A stretch of 64,000 bases of DNA from Phoronis australis (Eukaryota; Animalia; Phoronida). Numbering within the stretch: the stretch's first letter is position 1; every line of letters begins with the position of its first letter. The position numbers and the translations under genes were made by a program. Location of the stretch: positions 107,353-171,352 of the forward strand of contig NMRA01000729.1 of NCBI GenBank assembly GCA_002633005.1, in the 5' to 3' direction. Below, piece after piece: positions 12,201 through 24,399 of this stretch. The notes beneath the pieces were generated by a model. It was given only the letters and a program-made list of their open reading frames with translations, was not told the DNA's origin and ran no database searches.

Positions 12201-15200
12201 TTCCTAAGGATCTGGAAAGGTAAGTATTATCGGTTATTCAATAATATGATACATTGTCTTTCATTTTGTGTGTTCTGTTCACGGTCGTTAGACAAGTCGA
12301 CCGCAGTCCCGGTGCCGCTGTCAGTTGTCTGCACTGTAGGCTAGGCCTACTGGGCAGCCGGCGGAAGGACTCTGATTAACGTACGATGTGATCCTTAGCT
12401 TTTTGGATACTTGCAGTCCATGTATTCCAAATCAAAATGTCACTCTAATGATCGCAGAGATAATTTTAGGAAAACATACCCATGGCCATGGTTGAATATG
12501 AATCATCGTGGTGACACGGCCATGGCAGAATCACAGCCGCAGGGCCTCAAGTCTTTCATTAGTCAAGTTAGAGAATCTGTGGGTCTCGGTGAAAAGTTGT
12601 GTGGCCATTTGAGTCGTAGTTTTTTAGTTGACACCAAGACGCTTTTGTCACTATCACAATCACAGTACGACAGGACTTCTGTAGTGTAGTGTAGTTTAGT
12701 GTAGGCTATCAGTCTTCTGTGAACCTGGTATGAGGTTTGTTCCTGAGTCTCTCATTGATTTCTGTTCAGGTGCAAGCACTGGGAGCCGACCTTATGAATA
12801 GAGATGCAACCTACTTGTCCAAGAACTGGAACTTATGCTCTCATCACTTCGAGGAGTCCATGTTCATCAATGAAGAACAAGTTGGTATTGAATGCAGTGC
12901 CCGAGGAGTATTTGATGTCCCTAATCCACCAAAATTGAAGATGTCAAAAAGTTCTCCGGAAATAATGTTACAGCTGTGGAATAGGCTTTTTTGCATTTAT
13001 GATTATCGTCTCACAAAGCAAGTACTGGAACATCACGCGTAGAAAGGACAATAAGTCAAAATCTGGTTTTCGTATTTTACTAAGGTTGATCAGATTGAAA
13101 CATTTTATGAATGGTTAGTCTATGATTTGAAGAGAGCCAAAATGAAACTGATGGGTCTTTTAGAGTCTGAATGGTGTGCTGACATTTTGTTAAACCCAAG
13201 CTATCCGTATCATTTTGCTTCTCAATGACAAACACCTACGTGAGTAAATTAGTTATCAGCTTCAACACATTTCCTTGGCAAAAAGAGCTGCTGTTTACTA
13301 GTCAATTAATAGAGAGTAAGAAGGTTGGTTAGATTTTCTTTTTGTATTGATGCATGCGTTGCCTATTTTGTAGGTTTTTGGAGATTGTGATTAATTTAAG
13401 CACCAGTTGTGGCTAGGTAACAAATATGATCTTGTGGTTTAGCTTTATCTTACCTGAAATATTTACTGTTATTGATAATATGAACAGTGGGTATAGAAAA
13501 TAAAATTTTTAGTTTTATCATCCAAGTCTTTTTAATTCAGTTCTGTGTGAAGTTGTGTGGCTAGTGAATATTTTGATTGCTGTTCAGTACCTCTTAACTT
13601 TTTTTCATGACATTTTGAACTTGGACTACTTATGAGTGGTGATATGCTCAAATGTGGGGGGCTCGAATTCCTGACGATGTTGACCCTTTACTAACAAATG
13701 AGTGAGCGGACTAAAAAAAACGGGACCACCACTGTGAATTGCGCTTTTGCGTTTCTTTTGTGGACTTTTGTCTCATTTTCTCGGACTTTTTTGCTCTCGG
13801 GGCGGACCTTTTTGCCCACTTCGCCAAATGGGGGGCTCGTTCGAGCCCCCTGAGCCCCCTGGGTGCGCGCGTGGGAGAGTGCGATCGAGTTTACCCTATG
13901 CTGGCATGTCTAAGAAATAATTGGATGTTCTAAAATTATATCACGATTTTGTGGTAGTGATGAATTGCTTTCTTCTTACATGTGTAACACCCACTGCACA
14001 AAACAAACGATTGTTCACATTACTAGTATCATGGTGCATTGAGTAAGGAACACATGCGAAATTGTTGGGTGGGGGTGAAACCAGCAGTGAGCTAGGAGAC
14101 ACATGTTTGTCAATGGTCAGGGGAGCAACCAAAATTTGTGACGATGGGAGGGGCTCAACACTCAAGTGGCATACCCCATTGGTTTTTACCTGTTTAGCAC
14201 TTCTCCCATTTAACCCCCCTGGGAGGTGGTCAACACCCATATGGCGCCCACCTGGTTTTTGCCTGGTACCCCCTTAGCTGTCACCTGGGAGGAATTACCC
14301 TCTGAACCCCCAGGAGCAATCATTCAAATTGTGTAGTCCATGGAAGTATGAACTGTTATAAGGAAAGATAATTTGCCTTGTTAAGAACTCAAGCATGAAA
14401 CAAAACCGTGATAGATTTTGAAGGGAGCTTCAAGAGAATAAAAACAAATACACTTTAATATTGATTAAAATACACATTTTCATTCTCATTCGATTATAAG
14501 TGGATGTTAGTTTACGTATTCTAACCATTTTCAATCACACAGTAATTTTATTGCACGTTGAATGTCATTAAAGTATGAATTCATCATTGTTTACATTTTT
14601 CGGACTGCGCTCCTAAGTAAGTGTTGATTATTCACCGCTTGGAGCGCTAGTGTTTCGACGGGTAACCATTGCGGCGAATGGTAAAATGGCGGAGTGAACT
14701 CTCCTGTACTAGTACACTCCTTGAACAAACCATGAATTTAAACAAAGATCATTACACCTCCGACATCATTACTTCCCCCCGTAAAGTCTCACATCAATTC
14801 GTTAAGTACGTCAGAGTAGCGCTGCATTTTATTTTAAAATCTTGAGGTGGAAAGCAAAGCAGACTGAAACTCAGCCAACACAATAGGTTCTCATGTATAC
14901 TGGGTGGAGGCATATCAACTTCAATTAGTACTATCACTCGACAGACCTGTTTCGGAAAAACGACTCCAGGAAAGTGGTCCAGGATGGCGCAGCACCAATT
15001 GAAAAATATGAAGGAGAACCGAGAAAGGTCAGAGCGACAGGCAGGTGGCAACAAGGCAACTGGCACGGAGCTAGATGGAGGAGCATGATGTGACAAGACA
15101 TGGTCAATGAAAGACGGCAACATTCAAGTTCATACTGATATCTAACTACGACGTGTTAGCGAACCCAGTCAGGCTGCGTATGGAGGTTGACGAAGGACTT

Positions 15201-18200
15201 ATCGTGCACTTTGTGCAACAAGCTGAAAAACCTTTCATTTTATTCTACGGCATTGTCAGACAGTTCCTGCACATGGAAAAACGACCGAGTGTTGGGTGGT
15301 AATTAGAAATTGGAAAAGAAGAGTGAATGCCTGCAGTTCACTACCTTTTTGAGTGTTGGAGACTCAGCGCAGGGTCACGGAGAAGGCATCGCGTTGAATA
15401 CACCAAAAGATAGGAAAATGGAGAACTAGATTCCTAAGAAAGACTGTCGAGACAACTCTAAGGTCAGAATTTGGGGCCGATGATAACTATGCAATTGATG
15501 ATGTTGGCAATGACACTGTCAAGCGATGAGCCCTACAGAAGAAGCACATGAGATAAGAAAAACAAGTAGCAGCAGCTTTGTGAAGAATTGCAAAGATGTT
15601 GAAGGCTATGGTGGTGAATGGGATGGGATGGAGGGGATCCGTAAAACAGTCAATATGGAGGACCTTTTGTGCATTAGATGTGACAGGGAAGGAAAGGATA
15701 TAACTTTGGTGCAATGAGCGAGAGAGCAGAGAAGGCGGCACAAATAGTTTGGAGGAAGAGATAATGAACCAACCAGTCGTTCCAGACAACTTACAGCTGA
15801 AGCAGGAGTGATAAGATATTGATGATGCATCCGGAAGGAGGTCGACATAAATCTGTCTCCACTTACCATTTGAGCTTATGTCCCGTAGACTATGAAAATG
15901 TCTCCATCGAATAAGAAATAAATAGGCATCCTATAAATTCATCCTCATTGAGATCGTTGATACGTTTGGCAATGCACTTACACTTATCTGTGGCACGCTT
16001 TGAAACTTCAAGCGATGCATCCCGTGAGTTAATTAATTGAAGATCTTAACAAGCTTGACGTAACATTACATTTTAGAGTTCTCTACGTTTCTGTGAGGTT
16101 TCATCAAGCGAAAACAAAAATTCCCACAAGTTATAGGATTTCCGGGAGTGATCTTTTAAAGCAGTTAGAAGCCTGTGTTCACCTGAAGACACTGACTTTT
16201 GATTTCGATCACTTTGCGCTGTATAATTCGTCTCAAATTGTTCCTTACGAAGAAGTGACTTTGTTTCACAAATAACTCATAGATCCTTATTGCTCGAGAC
16301 CTTGCTTGGAAAATAAAATGACAGTCCGAGACAAGTTAAGTTGTAGAGACTGGTGTTTTGCAATAACGAACCGTCTGTTATTTCCAAGATCGGAGATTAC
16401 ATCGTTTCGACTAAAAACAGTTTGAGACTAGTTTCGTAACGACAAATGATGTTAAGGTTGCATTTGTGACGGAATGGGGGTTTATAGCAGCATTACTGAA
16501 AGTTGTAGCTAATGAGAATAGCAAGTGGATTTGTGTGTGGAGTATCGTTACCCAACAAGATGAGTAGAGTACTTTGGATGTTGGTTGGAAGGCCCGTAAT
16601 TTGTGTACCCTCGTTCTGTGTAGATACAGTGTGTGATTGAGCTTGTCGAAGACACACCCGCATAACTCTAGCTGGTTTCCTGCGTGCCGCTATGTAGTCA
16701 GTAGCCAACACGCAGGTATCATTTAATTTTCTTCGGGAATTTTTTTACACACCGGTGTTTCTGATTGGCTAGTCGAATTCTCAAAAAGCAGCGCTTTACG
16801 CAAACAAAATGGCATGACCGATGGACTGAAGTGTAAATGTGGTCTGTTGTACAGACAAATTGGTGCTTAAAATTTATGTTCAGGAAATGTGAATCCAAGA
16901 AATTGTGGTTGCGCCTTTTCGGAGTGTATCTTTTTCCTTTCGATGACTTTTGTTTACGATACTGTCCTGTATTCATACAGAATGAATAACACACCGGTTA
17001 ATTGGCCAGATATGTGTTTATTGTACATGTATGTGCTTCAAGCACTTGGCTATTAAACATCACTGCAGAAAACGAAATACTTGCTGCGACGCCACTTTGC
17101 TGACCAGGCTAAAAATCGCTCACAGTCCGCCATTTTTCAAGGTGTCGTAATGCCAACCAATGATTGCTGAGATTACATCAATCAATGCTAAAGCTGTGCT
17201 CCTCCATGGTACCTGCGTGCTGGCTAGGCACGTAGGAAACAGCGAACCGCGTGATTAAGAAAGATTTAGCCTGTGGACAAATGTAATCTGCAAAGGGCTA
17301 CCTGGCTAGCTAAGAAGTAGATGGCGGGATTTATACTATGCAGTCTGGAACAGCGTCAAAACAAATGACGACGGAGATCAGCTACCTGATGGCGGGGCAC
17401 GAGCCGATGACGTCAGTTTGGGCGTGTAAAAGTTATATCAAAATGTATGCTTTACCTGTTCTGGTACTTGCCAGTTTCTCATTTTTATCTACTCTGACAT
17501 TTCCAGGCGACGTCGTTCAGTTAAAAAAGAGAAAGCTGTCGATGTTGAACTGGACACTATCAGCCCTGGCGATGACTCTGGTAATAATAAAAGCTTTGTA
17601 GCAAATTTAGACATATTTCATGAAAATACAGCACGTGGAAATAATGTACATCAATCATTTAACTTGACGAACATGTGTTCCTAACATCCAGTGTGATGTG
17701 TTGGCTGCACTTAATTCAATCTACCGGTTCCGCGGCGTGTTTATTTTGCAGACTGGGTTTCTTGTGATGAGATCATGCAAAATCAGATCATGCAAAATCA
17801 CGCGAGTGAAAAAGAAGTTTTTTGTAAGCATGGTCGATACCTAACTACCGTATCCTAGTAAAATGGCAGCCATATAAATGAAGTTTGAATGTTGAATATT
17901 GTGGTACTAATCATGAATTATGGGCAGAATTCTATTTCCAGTCCATAAGCGAAGATTTATCGACAAAGTTAACCTCTCGTTGAGTATACACAACGCCAGC
18001 TTGGTCAAACGGCTAAACATCTGCGTTGTTCTCGATGACGGCTTCCTACTTACAAACCAATTCGGAGACCTTTTCGTGGACCAGGGTTCTTGGAAGAAAA
18101 GCAAAATCTAGCATGAACTCGCAAAATTATGCGCTAGTGAAAAGCAATTGTGTGGAGGCACTGTATTCTGTTCTGACAGGGTTTTTTTTTTGGCAGTGTA

Positions 18201-19313
18201 CACATCGCTGAACTTGTTGCCTTTCTTCCAGTCAGTTGAAAAATCTAAGAACAAAATCAAAGGTTGTGAGTCATTTCACTTCAAAAGCGCTACACATGAT
18301 CACAGAGGCCTTTTTTGTCTCATGGTGGTGACCTTTTCACTTCCACCAAAAATGAAAAGATGAAACGAGGCTACGAAAAAGGATTATAAAGTAAATTTAC
18401 TACAGTTTCCACAAATTTGGTTCAAAAGTGCTGTCATCCAACTCGAGTTTTGTAATCTGGATTGTTTGAGGTCTAACGGAAATCCCAGCAGATTCCTCAG
18501 ACGGCTACGCAACAACTCAGCATTTTGACGAAAAGTGGATCTATTGCCGAACTAGGGGACTTTTATTATGCTCAACATGTTTCCAAACCAGATTTACTAA
18601 ACCGACTTGTAATGCTACCTAGAAACTCGCCAATCTCGGTCTATCCCAAGAAATAAAACTTGTGCTGTACAGTGCCACCTTTGGCGTGTTGACGTGGACG
18701 ACGTACGATTCGTTCTTGTCTCCTTTGTTACAGTTTTGTATTGATAGGCACCGTTTTTCTGTTTCGTGGTAGATACAGAATTTCCTTTTCTAATTTTTTC
18801 TCAAAACTCGAGATTCTATGAGGTAACTTTTAAAATTCGGGGAAATAACAAAAAAAAACATTCGAGATCAGAAGATACACGTTTAGGTGTCGGTTTCACT
18901 GAAGTAAAGTTTTGAGATATCAGCATGCGATACTTTAATCCTTGCAGGCCGATTGTAAATGGCCTTTAAGAAATCCCTTATTTTTTATTGTCTGTGTTCT
19001 TTTAACATCAGCTCCTTTCATTCATGGTGTTAGAAAGAGGTTACTGGTGCTGGTTCTCTGCAGGACAGACGTGTACTCTTAAAAGATTTGCGAATTTTTG
19101 AAATCCTGATAGTGTGAGATTTATGAGCTACAAATATCGATTTCACTTCCAGCTACTACCACCAGTTCTGGTCGTATCTACACAAATTTGGTGAAAGGAA
19201 ATGCAAGCAGACAATCCTCCCAACATCTCACCCCGGAGCCAGAACCAGTTTACGAAGACATGCTACCTTCTGGTAAAGCAACCTTTGGTGATGACGCAGC
19301 TGTGATGAATTAG
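1..19313 (+). CDS. Gene A (5'-partial, 12 exons): FN3-repeat single-pass receptor, paralog of the minus-strand RPTP but lacking PTP domains
   Basis: Exons 1-283, 584-886, 1288-1505, 2439-2505, 3020-3126, 3918-4092, 4730-4838, 7801-8062, 8238-8301, 10274-10376, 17507-17580 and 19153-19313 are all GT-AG and splice into one open frame (1926 nt) ending in TAG. Nine internal exons have exactly the same length as their gene B counterparts. Confidence 0.85.
584..886 (+). CDS. Gene A exon, FN3 domain
   Basis: APSKPPINL...[10 protein letters not shown]...[17 protein letters not shown]; 303 nt, same as 52907-53209. Confidence 0.92.
1288..1505 (+). CDS. Gene A exon, FN3 N-terminal part
   Basis: APPAPGNL...IGWRSPCPPNGIIREH...LNFKHVYEFK; 218 nt, same as 52003-52220. 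Confidence 0.9.
1740..2378 (-). mobile_element. Probable solo LTR in a gene A intron
   Basis: TGTTAC...GTAACA termini. On the minus strand: heat-shock-element-like array, then TATAAAA (about 2140-2146), then AATAAA (1806-1811) near the end. No clear TSD. Confidence 0.45.
2199..2213. promoter_or_regulatory. Three-unit heat shock element consensus match
   Basis: gGAAc-cTTCt-aGAAt is a perfect nGAAn inverted array; a second two-unit match aGAAt-aTTCc lies at 2164-2173. Confidence 0.35.
2439..2505 (+). CDS. Gene A exon, FN3 C-terminal part
   Basis: IRAKTYKWGSWSSSIFETLQER; 67 nt, same as 51611-51677. Confidence 0.88.
3020..3126 (+). CDS. Gene A exon, FN3 N-terminal part
   Basis: [36 protein letters not shown]; 107 nt, same as 49371-49477. 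Confidence 0.88.
3918..4092 (+). CDS. Gene A exon, FN3 C-terminal part
   Basis: ISWT...[23 protein letters not shown]; 175 nt, same as 47364-47538. Confidence 0.9.
4730..4838 (+). CDS. Gene A exon, membrane-proximal domain part 1
   Basis: DIPKIQLPPTDRDEVTTTTATLPIIPVRDYQNKDRI; 109 nt, same as 46356-46464. Confidence 0.87.
7801..8062 (+). CDS. Gene A exon, membrane-proximal RPTP-type domain part 2
   Basis: FYLVVVE...YITAKL...[24 protein letters not shown]; 262 nt, same as 45638-45899. Confidence 0.92.
8238..8301 (+). CDS. Gene A exon, membrane-proximal domain part 3
   Basis: ETKAHFQVYQFKEMSPSGYIE; 64 nt, same as 45409-45472. Confidence 0.87.
8538..10184 (+). mobile_element. Non-autonomous Kolobok-like DNA transposon, copy 1
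   Basis: TTAA|AGGAGAATGCCACCC ... GGGTGGCATGCTCCT|TTAA (TIR plus TTAA TSD); THAP-domain remnant at 8698-8916; second copy at 56190-57875. Confidence 0.8.
10274..10376 (+). CDS. Gene A exon, transmembrane helix
   Basis: AKNYKQARMTTVGGAIGGVAVFLLVVVVAVFIYQR; 103 nt, same as 41432-41534. Confidence 0.9.
11196..11968. mobile_element. MITE-like element with inverted CCTAAAGTCGTGA motifs
   Basis: CCTAAAGTCGTGA twice at about 11209-11238, and its reverse complement TCACGACTTTAGG at about 11784 and 11946; TA-flanked ends; boundaries approximate. Confidence 0.45.
12013..14723 (+). mobile_element. Non-autonomous P-superfamily-like DNA transposon, copy 1
   Basis: About 31-bp TIR CAAGGAGTGTA...AGGAGAGTTCACT; 7-bp TSD ATCAAAC/AACAAAC; spliced THAP remnant (12122-12219 and 12770 onward). 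Confidence 0.8.
12122..12940 (+). pseudogene. Truncated, frameshifted THAP-domain transposase remnant
   Basis: MGKDAFCSTINCTNS...SFFRFPKDLER, intron, RCKHW/ADL...NLCSHHFEESMF...FDVPNPPK; contains the THAP C2CH residues. Confidence 0.7.
14950..15830 (+). mobile_element. Decayed 3' fragment of an RLE-type (HERO-like) non-LTR retrotransposon
   Basis: Ordered broken motifs: QQGNW, FKFILISNYDVLANP, CTLC, TWKNDRVL, EEAHE.RK, AEKAAQIVWRKR*; boundaries approximate. Confidence 0.55.
17507..17580 (+). CDS. Gene A exon, basic juxtamembrane segment
   Basis: RRRSVKKEKAVDVELDTISPGDDS, homologous to [21 protein letters not shown] in gene B; phases 2/1 match. Confidence 0.82.
19153..19313 (+). CDS. Gene A terminal coding exon, tyrosine-motif tail ending in a stop
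   Basis: ATTTSSGRIYTNLVKGNASRQSSQHLTPEPEPVYEDMLPSGKATFGDDAAVMN*; shares PEPVYED and TFGDD with exon 38966-39156 of gene B. Confidence 0.8.
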
Positions 19314-21691
19314 TTAAGTGGTGATGTCTGCACACATGAGAGTTCATGCAAGAAAGATCGTCGTTTGCACTGACACGATATCAGTGATGAAAGCTTTCTT
19401 TATGTAGCGAATCATTGTTGAAAGTGTTAAGTGTTCCCTACTAAGGTCCAATTTCATTCTGTTTTCCTTTGAAGCCTGCAATAAGCAGCATCCTTTTAAT
19501 ATGCTTTGATTTCAACTATTGCTGTAGATGCGCAGTATATTTGATTTGAGTCATCACTGGCGTCATTTTGATGCTTACTTACCCCAGTCGAAGGGTTCGA
19601 TGGTCGTCTTCCGAGAATCAATTCATTAGTTAAGAGTTAGGTTTTGGTAAAAAAGTCACAATTCCAACTCATGAATACCAAAAAATCTTTCTTCGCATCC
19701 TTTTATTTCAAGTATTGCAAAAATGAAACAGGAGTACAGTAAGGCTGCATTCTGTCATTTGTCAACTGTCTAGAAGATCAGAACCAGTTTGGCTGCAATG
19801 TGCAATAGTTGTATGGGACAACATTTGGCCAGGAACTATTCCAGATGAATGGCGGAGGAAAACTATCAAGTATTTCAAGTAACGAGTGTAGAGAAGTATT
19901 GGCTTAAACAACGCATTATGGTTACCTCTTGCTTTCCATTAGATAGTTTGCGACACATAGCATGCCCAAATGCTTGTAGAAACTTACCCCTCCACAACAG
20001 ACGTAGCACATACGTGTCGAACTTTTGGCTGACGAGAAAGAGGGTATACGAAAATTTCCACCCTAGAATATAACTCAAGTTTTCAGTTATTCATGAAAGT
20101 GTTTCATAAATAGTCTGTCTTCATATCTTCAAAATCGCAGGTCGTAGGGCTTACATTTAAGTGAATGCTGTCATTTAACTGAAAGTTGTAACCTCGTCTC
20201 ACTCCCTGAAATTTGAAAATATTGATGAAGTACAACCGTTTCAAGTAACTTTAGACAAGTCAAGGATAAAAACAATACTAGACTCAGTACGTCTATCAGG
20301 ACATCGTTCTTTATTGTGAGGTACATGTACAGTTGCTACAACTAAGTTGTGGTGTCACTGTTTAAACATTCTGGTTTCACTACTGTGATCAGAATATCGT
20401 TCTTGTGAGGTACAATTGCTACAACAAACTTGTGAGGGTAATTGGATTTCCTACTTTATACATTTTCTATTTGACGTATTTCTCATAACTGCTTTGTCAC
20501 TATTCTATTTACTCTGAGCAGTTCTGTGTACATTCGTTCATAGGCGTCTTTTTATACATGTATTCCCAGCTTGCAAACTGTTTTGTAACACCTGTATTTA
20601 CATCACATTACGAGATATTATTCGACAATCCACGTCTTGTTTTACTCCGTCCGCAACAAAGCTAGTTGCGTATTCCACACAGAATTGCAATAACATAATA
20701 TCGAAATAGAGCCGTTTTAAGTAACTTTTATATGACATCGATAAAGCCACTACTAGTCTTAATACGTTCATCAAGACATCGTTCTTATAGTGAGGTACAA
20801 ACACACAATTTCATTGGTGCACTGCGACAACTGAACTCGGGCCAACGGGCCCATTAAAATTGGAAGCGAAAAGGGTAGAAAACTAACATGGCCCCCATAG
20901 TACTTGTGGCCGCGTGTATCAATTCACCCATGTCCACGCTTTCTAAAATCGTCCTTGAAAATTTGATATCGAGATCTTTTAAAGGTACGGGGGTGTTCTT
21001 CTATTTGAATGGAATGTAGGGGTAATAGTGCCCATTCTCGACCCAAGAAGTGTGAAGGAATCGTGAGTTTCATCACGGCTGATTTGCAGTCGTAAGAATT
21101 TTATACAATGCCATTTGATTGCTTTTTGCTCAGATCTGTTTTGTCACGACGTAAGTGTGGAAGAGATTCTCTCGCAATTTTAAAGAAACATATATGAGAC
21201 TACGCGAATTGATGAGACGAGAAACTGATGTTTTGATAATGCATCCGTAAGTAGCGATTTAACACTATGTTTAGAGACTCTTAGTCATAAAAAGGGAGTT
21301 TACTAATACCATATCATATTATATTCTATTGTATATTATTGTATTGTACCAAACAGATTACAAAGTTTATTTTTTTCACGGCACTATCGAGTAAAACGCA
21401 TTCAAACAATATGATAGGTGTATTTGACTTAATTTTGTGACTTGGACCACAAGCTTCTTTACTCTAACTAATGTGCTTTATATTGTTGTACTCAACATAA
21501 GAATTGTTGGTTGTTATCATTTTCAGACAACGATAACCATTTTATTCAGAGCCTTTTGCCAAATGACGCTAAGCTAGGACCCAATAAATACAATCCTGCA
21601 TTTATTGGTATATTGGGTCTTAGGGTTAAGTCAAACTACTGTGTGTACCTATAGCAGTGGTAGTTGTACCTAGCTTTGCTTAGTGTTCCAC

Positions 21692-24399
21692 CAAGGAGTG
21701 TAGTAGTATAGGAGAGTTCACTTGTGAGTTCGCTGTTACCGCTACTACTAGCGTCGCCAAGTGGTGAACAAGCTACGGTCACCCAGGAAGCGCTAAAACA
21801 ATGGGGACGGACGCATTTTGCAGTGCGATAAATTGCATGAATTCATCCACGAAAACCCCAGACGTGTCATTTTGTAGGTTTCCTAAGGATCCAGAAAGGT
21901 AAGGATTATCTGTTATTCAATAATATGATACATTGTCTTTCATTTTGTGTGTTCTGTTCACGGTTGTTAGACAAGTCGATCGCAGTCCCGGTGCCCGGCA
22001 CTGTCTGTTGTCTGCAGTGTAGGCTAGACCTACTGGGCAGCCGGCGGAAGAGGACTATGATTAACGTACGATGTGATCGTCAGCTTTTTGGATACTTGCA
22101 GTCCATGTATTCCAAATCAAAATGTCACTCTAACGATCGCAGGGATAATTTTAGGAAAACATTCCCATGGCCATGGGTGAATATGAATCGTGGTGACACG
22201 GCCATGGCACAATCACAGCCACAGGCCACAGGGCCTTTTAAGTCTTTCATTAGTCAAGTCAGAGAATCTGTGGGTCTCGGTGAAAAGTTGTGCAGCCCTT
22301 AAAATATCCGTGGATCGACATTTGAGTCCTAGTTTTTTTAGTTGACACCAAGACGCTTTTGTCTCTATCACAATCACAGTACGACAGGACTTCTGTAGTG
22401 TAGTTTAGTGTAGGCTACCAGTCTCTGTGAACCTGGTGAGTATGAGGTTTGTTCCTGAGTCTCTCATTGATTTCTGTTCAGGTGCAAGCACTGGGAGCCG
22501 ACCTTATGAATAGAGTGCATCCTACTTGTCCAAGAACTGCAACTTATGCTCTCATCACTTCGAGGAGTCCATGTTGATGAATGAAGAACAAGCTGGTATT
22601 GAATGCAGTGCCCGAGCAGTATTTGATGTCCCCAGTCCACCAAAAATGAAGACGTCAAAAAGTTCTACGGAAATTATGTTACAGCTGTGGAATAGGCTTT
22701 TTGCATTTCTGATTATCGTCTCACAAAGCAAGTACTGGAACATCACGTGTAGAAAGGACAATTAGTCAAAATCTGGTTTTCGTATTTTACTAAGGTTGAT
22801 CAGATTGAAACATTTTATGAATGGTTAGCCTGTGATTTGAAGAGAGCCAAAGTGAAACTGATGGGTCTTTTAGAGTCTGAATGGTGGGCTGACATTTTGT
22901 TAAACCCAAGCTATCCATATCATTTTGCTTCTCAATGACACTGAAACACCTCTGTGAGTAAATTAGTTATCAGCTTCAACGCATTTCGTTGGCAAAAAGA
23001 GCTGTTGTTTTCTAGTGAATAGAGAGTGAGAAGGTTGGTTAGATTTTCTTGTTGTATTGGTGTATGTGTTGCCTATTTTGTACGTTTTTGGAGATTGTGA
23101 TTAATTTAAACTCCAGTTGTGGCTAAGTAACAAATATGATCTTGTGGTCTAGCTTTAGCTTACCTGAAATATTTACTGTTATTGATAATATGAACAGTGG
23201 GTATAGAAAATAAAAATTTTAGTTTTATCATCCATTAAAAGTCTTTTTAATTCAGTTTTGTATGAAGTTGTGTGGCTAGTGAATATTTTGATTGCTGTTT
23301 AGCACCTCTTAACTTTTTTGTCATGACATTTTGAGCTTGGACTGGTTATGGTGGGGATATACTCAATGTGGGGGGGGCTCGAATTCCCGACGATGTAGAC
23401 CTTTTGCTAACAAGTGAGTGGGCGGACTAAAAAAAAAAAAACGGGGACCACCACTGTGAATTGCGCGTTTCCGTTTCTTTAGTGGACTTTTGTCCCATTT
23501 TCTCGGACTTTTTGTCTCGTTCAAGCCCCCCGAGCCCCCTGGGTGCGCGCGTGGGAGAGTGCAATCGAGTTTACCCTATGCTGGAATGTCCAAGAAATAA
23601 TGGGATGTTCTAAAATTATATTACGATTTTGTGGTAGTGATGAATTGCTTTCTTCTTCTTACATGTGTAACACCCACTACACCAAACAATTATTCACATT
23701 GTTAGTATCCTGGTGCATTGAATAAGGAACACATGCGAAATTGGGTGGAGGTGAAACCAGCAGTGAGCTGGGAGCAACATGTTTGTCAATGGTCAGGGGA
23801 GCAACCAAAATTTATGACAATGGGAATGGCTCAACACCCATGTGGCATACCCCATTGGTTTTTACCTGTTTAGCACTCCTCCCATGTAACCCCCCTGGGA
23901 GATGGTCAACACCCATTTGGCGCCCACATGGTTTTTGCCTTGTACCCCCTTAGCTGTCACCTGTGGGGAATTACCCTCTGAACCCCCAGGAGCAATCATT
24001 CAAATTTTATTGTCCATGGAGGTATGAACTGTTATAAGGAAAGATAATTTGCCTTGTTAAGAACTCAAACATGAAACAAAACCGTGATAGATTTTGAAGG
24101 GAGCTTCAAAAGAATAAAAACAAATACAATTTAATATTGATTAAAATACACATTTTCTTTCTCATTCGATTATAAGTGGATGTTAGTTTACCTATTCTAA
24201 CCATTTTTAATCACACAGTAATTTTATTGCACGTTGAACGTCATTAAAGTATGAATTCATCAGTGTTTACATTGTTCGGACTGCGCTCCTAAGTAAGTAT
24301 TGATTGTTCACCGCTTGGAGCGCTAGTGTTTCGACCGGTAACCATTGCAGCGAATGGTAAAATGGCGGAGTGAACTCTCCTATACTCGTACACTCCTTG
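21692..24399 (+). mobile_element. Non-autonomous P-superfamily-like DNA transposon, copy 2 (intergenic)
   Basis: Same TIRs, perfect 7-bp TSD GTTCCAC, collinear with 12013-14723. Confidence 0.82.

Noticed and set aside
12411-14277. Duplicated ORFs (12411-12689, 14062-14277 and counterparts at 21925-22302, 23741-23953) as a conserved gene family
   Set aside because: They are similar only because they lie inside two copies of one transposon; they have indels and no recognisable domain.
19170-19265. Canonical ITIM or ITAM in the gene A tail
   Set aside because: RIYTNL has Arg at -2 rather than I/V/L/S, and the two tyrosines are about 24 residues apart, too far for an ITAM.
19272-19280. Possible splice donor G|GTAAAG that would let gene A continue to PTP exons
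   Set aside because: It is phase 1, whereas the first PTP exon of gene B starts in phase 0. Homology (TFGDD) continues past it, and no plus-strand PTP motifs were seen downstream. Not fully excluded without transcripts.
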